NCBI RefSeq assembly: GCF_025526975.1 | Contig: NW_026515684.1 | Coordinates: 186,001 to 250,000, forward strand | Length of the DNA stretch: 64,000 nt | Source: Fimicolochytrium jonesii | Lineage: Eukaryota | Direction of reading: 5' to 3' | Part shown: positions 61,818-64,000 of the stretch, piece by piece | Position numbering within the stretch: position 1 is the first letter of the stretch | Layout of the letters: each line of letters begins with the position of its first letter | Notes under the pieces: model-generated | Seen by the model: the letters and a program-made list of their open reading frames with translations, nothing else | Database searches by the model: none | Told to the model about the DNA's origin: nothing | Program-made: the position numbers and the translations under genes

Positions 61818-64000
61818 TCAGAAGTTCTCTTTCTTGAACTTGAATATGGTCCGGTTCTCCTTGTCCCCAGGCTTTCCTTTCGCCGCCATATGGTTCTGCC
61901 GCTTGCAGGCAAGGTTCAGGTCGTGCGCCAGTGGCAAAGGCCCACACATGAAGACCTGCAGATGCGGAAGACTCAGAAGACGATATGTGAAGGATGGATA
62001 GTAACATCACCCACCCCGATTTCTTCTCCCTGATGAGCTCCGGCGATCTCTTTCAAAATGCGTCCCCAGTTAGGCTTGCCGGAGTACTGATTGTAAGCGT
62101 GCAAGGTGACCTTCTTCAGATTGAGCTCCTGAGAAATTCGCAAGAGAGCGTCAGCATGAACAGCAATGCATATCACCCCAAATGGGCCAGCGGAGAGCCA
62201 TACCCCAGTGGTGTACGTATTCAAAACCACATGATCTTTCAGATCAGCATTGGAGATAACTGCATCAATGAGATCCTTAAACGACGACAATTCCTGTTCA
62301 TCGCGGCACACCCAGAAGAAGTGGATCTTGAGACGTTGCTGTTCGGCTCTCGCTTCCTTTGATAAACCTTCCCGCTGCTTCACACGGATGGTCATGGATT
62401 TCAAGATCGAGATGAAAGGTGTGACTCCAATGCCGGCGCCGACGAGAACTACTGTCGAATGGTCAAACACTTCTTCGGACGGGCTCCCATATGGGCCGTC
62501 CACCCTCAACATGATCTGTGCCTTGTCCTCTTTGGCAGGTTTGACCTCCCCCGCCTCGAGATTCCCCGATTTCTTCACAACGGGCCTCACAACGAGTGAC
62601 TGTCGGCCCTCCTTCGGCACAACCTCCGTTCGAGCGTGGCCGAGCAAAGTGCGTAGCTTGTAACACCAGTCCATGTCGGGCCGAGCACGAATATGGCAGC
62701 TGAAGTGCGCTTCTTCAGGAGCGCTGGTGATCGTAAACGGATGCCATTCCAGTTCCGTGATGTCGGGGCAGTTCAAGAAGAGGTACTGTCCAGCTTTGTA
62801 GTTGAACTTTCGCTTTCCTTGCATCTTCATCTTCAGCGCGAGGATGTCCTGACCCACAATCTTCGAATCGATGACGACCACGTCCACCTTGGCGCGACGC
62901 TTCTGCACGAGCTTTTCCAGGCCGATGAAGGCCAGGGGCCAGAGCGAGAAAGCCCAGAACATGGGGCCGTGGAGCCAGAGGAGGACGAAGCAAGGCATCC
63001 AGAGCTTGTGCACGAGAAGGAAGGTTCTGTAGCCATCGAATCTGTGGTAAAACATCGAAATGCCGTTAGAATTTATCAATTGGATGCTCGCAAGGGAGTT
63101 CTCCCACGTACCGGAATCGTCTGAAAGTAAAGTACTTCCGCATGAACACCGCGGACAGGAACATGCAGAGCATCATTAACGCTATCAAATGCCCAGTCAC
63201 TCCAGCCAGGTTGGCGAATGCCTGATGCCCGGTCGAAACCCCGTACCGCTGCTCATTCCACCCAAAGTCGAGGTAGTGGAACACAGCATGCATAATGCCC
63301 CCGACCGCAATGAACGCGAACACCAGTTTATGCATCGCGATGTTGTCGTCCAGCGGGATCACGTCCGCAAGCGGGGTGCTACGCAACCAGCAGAGCGTGT
63401 TGCGGAGCACGGTGATGAGAATGAACGAGCAGTTGACGTTGAGGGTCTTCCCAAAGCCTTTCGCGTACGGATAGTACGGTGCCGGGTCGACACCAAGTGC
63501 GAGACAGTATCCGTAAATCCAGACCCCAGCGTTGACCAACACAAACGCGGTGATGATGGTAACTCGGGGGCCTTTCCACAACCACCATTCGTTGAATTTT
63601 GCGATATAGGGATGCCGCATTACGTCTTCGGTGTCCGACGGCGTCGATGCGTGTTCGCTTTGCGGTCTGGTCAAGTGCAGGGCCCCGACGATCGCGCCTG
63701 CTTTGCTGGCTGGATTGCTTCGCCCGTAGCGCACGAATCGCATGGACGCGAAGCTGGCGGCGCCGAGGAAGGCGGCTCCGCCAATGGCGATGCCAATTGC
63801 GGCGCCGACGCTGTCCATGTCTTCGGAGACGTTGAGGGTTGCTTTCTCTGTTGGGGGATCGCATACGCCAGTTCAAAATGACCCAGAAATGTACAAGCGC
63901 AACAGCATTTCGAACGATCCCACTTACGTTCACGATTCGAAAAAGCGCTATTCCTCGTGCTCAACAAATTGAACGTCCCCTTATTATCAACCCTCACCAA
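61818..64000 (-). CDS. NOX5-like NADPH oxidase core without EF-hands, fused to an upstream DD3-3-like domain and extra TM; 5'-partial
   Basis: Heme His pairs (AMHKL...MHAVFH; VHKL...LHG), HPFT, VDGPYG, VLVGAGIGVTPF, end FKKENF*. An 80-nt intron 63927-63848 (GTAAGT...CAACAG, phase 1) joins an upstream exon LVRVDNKGTFNLLSTRNSAFSNRE in frame. Confidence 0.85.

Noticed and set aside
63066..63818. ATG 63818 as the NOX start
   Set aside because: A canonical in-phase intron joins an upstream exon, so the ATG is probably internal.

Overview
Intron-rich eukaryotic nuclear DNA (short GT-AG introns, standard code), most likely from a zoosporic (chytrid-type) fungus: fungal genes (exomer ChAPs, DUF3632, HOM6) sit beside flagellar genes (RSPH4/6, FSIP1-like, apicortin). 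About 20 protein-coding loci and an annexin pseudogene; I saw no rRNA, tRNA, CRISPR array or clear transposon. Manual splicing recovered several things the ORF track hides: (1) an EF-hand-less NOX5-like NADPH oxidase that splices upstream into a DD3-3-like ectodomain plus extra TM helix (runs off the right edge); (2) an apicortin (partial p25alpha + DCX); (3) a secreted, intron-containing bacterial-SH3b-like miniprotein; (4) an FSIP1-like / RSPH4-6 / profilin-4-like trio. All family calls are from motif recognition by eye; no database search was run, and boundaries of multi-exon genes are best estimates.
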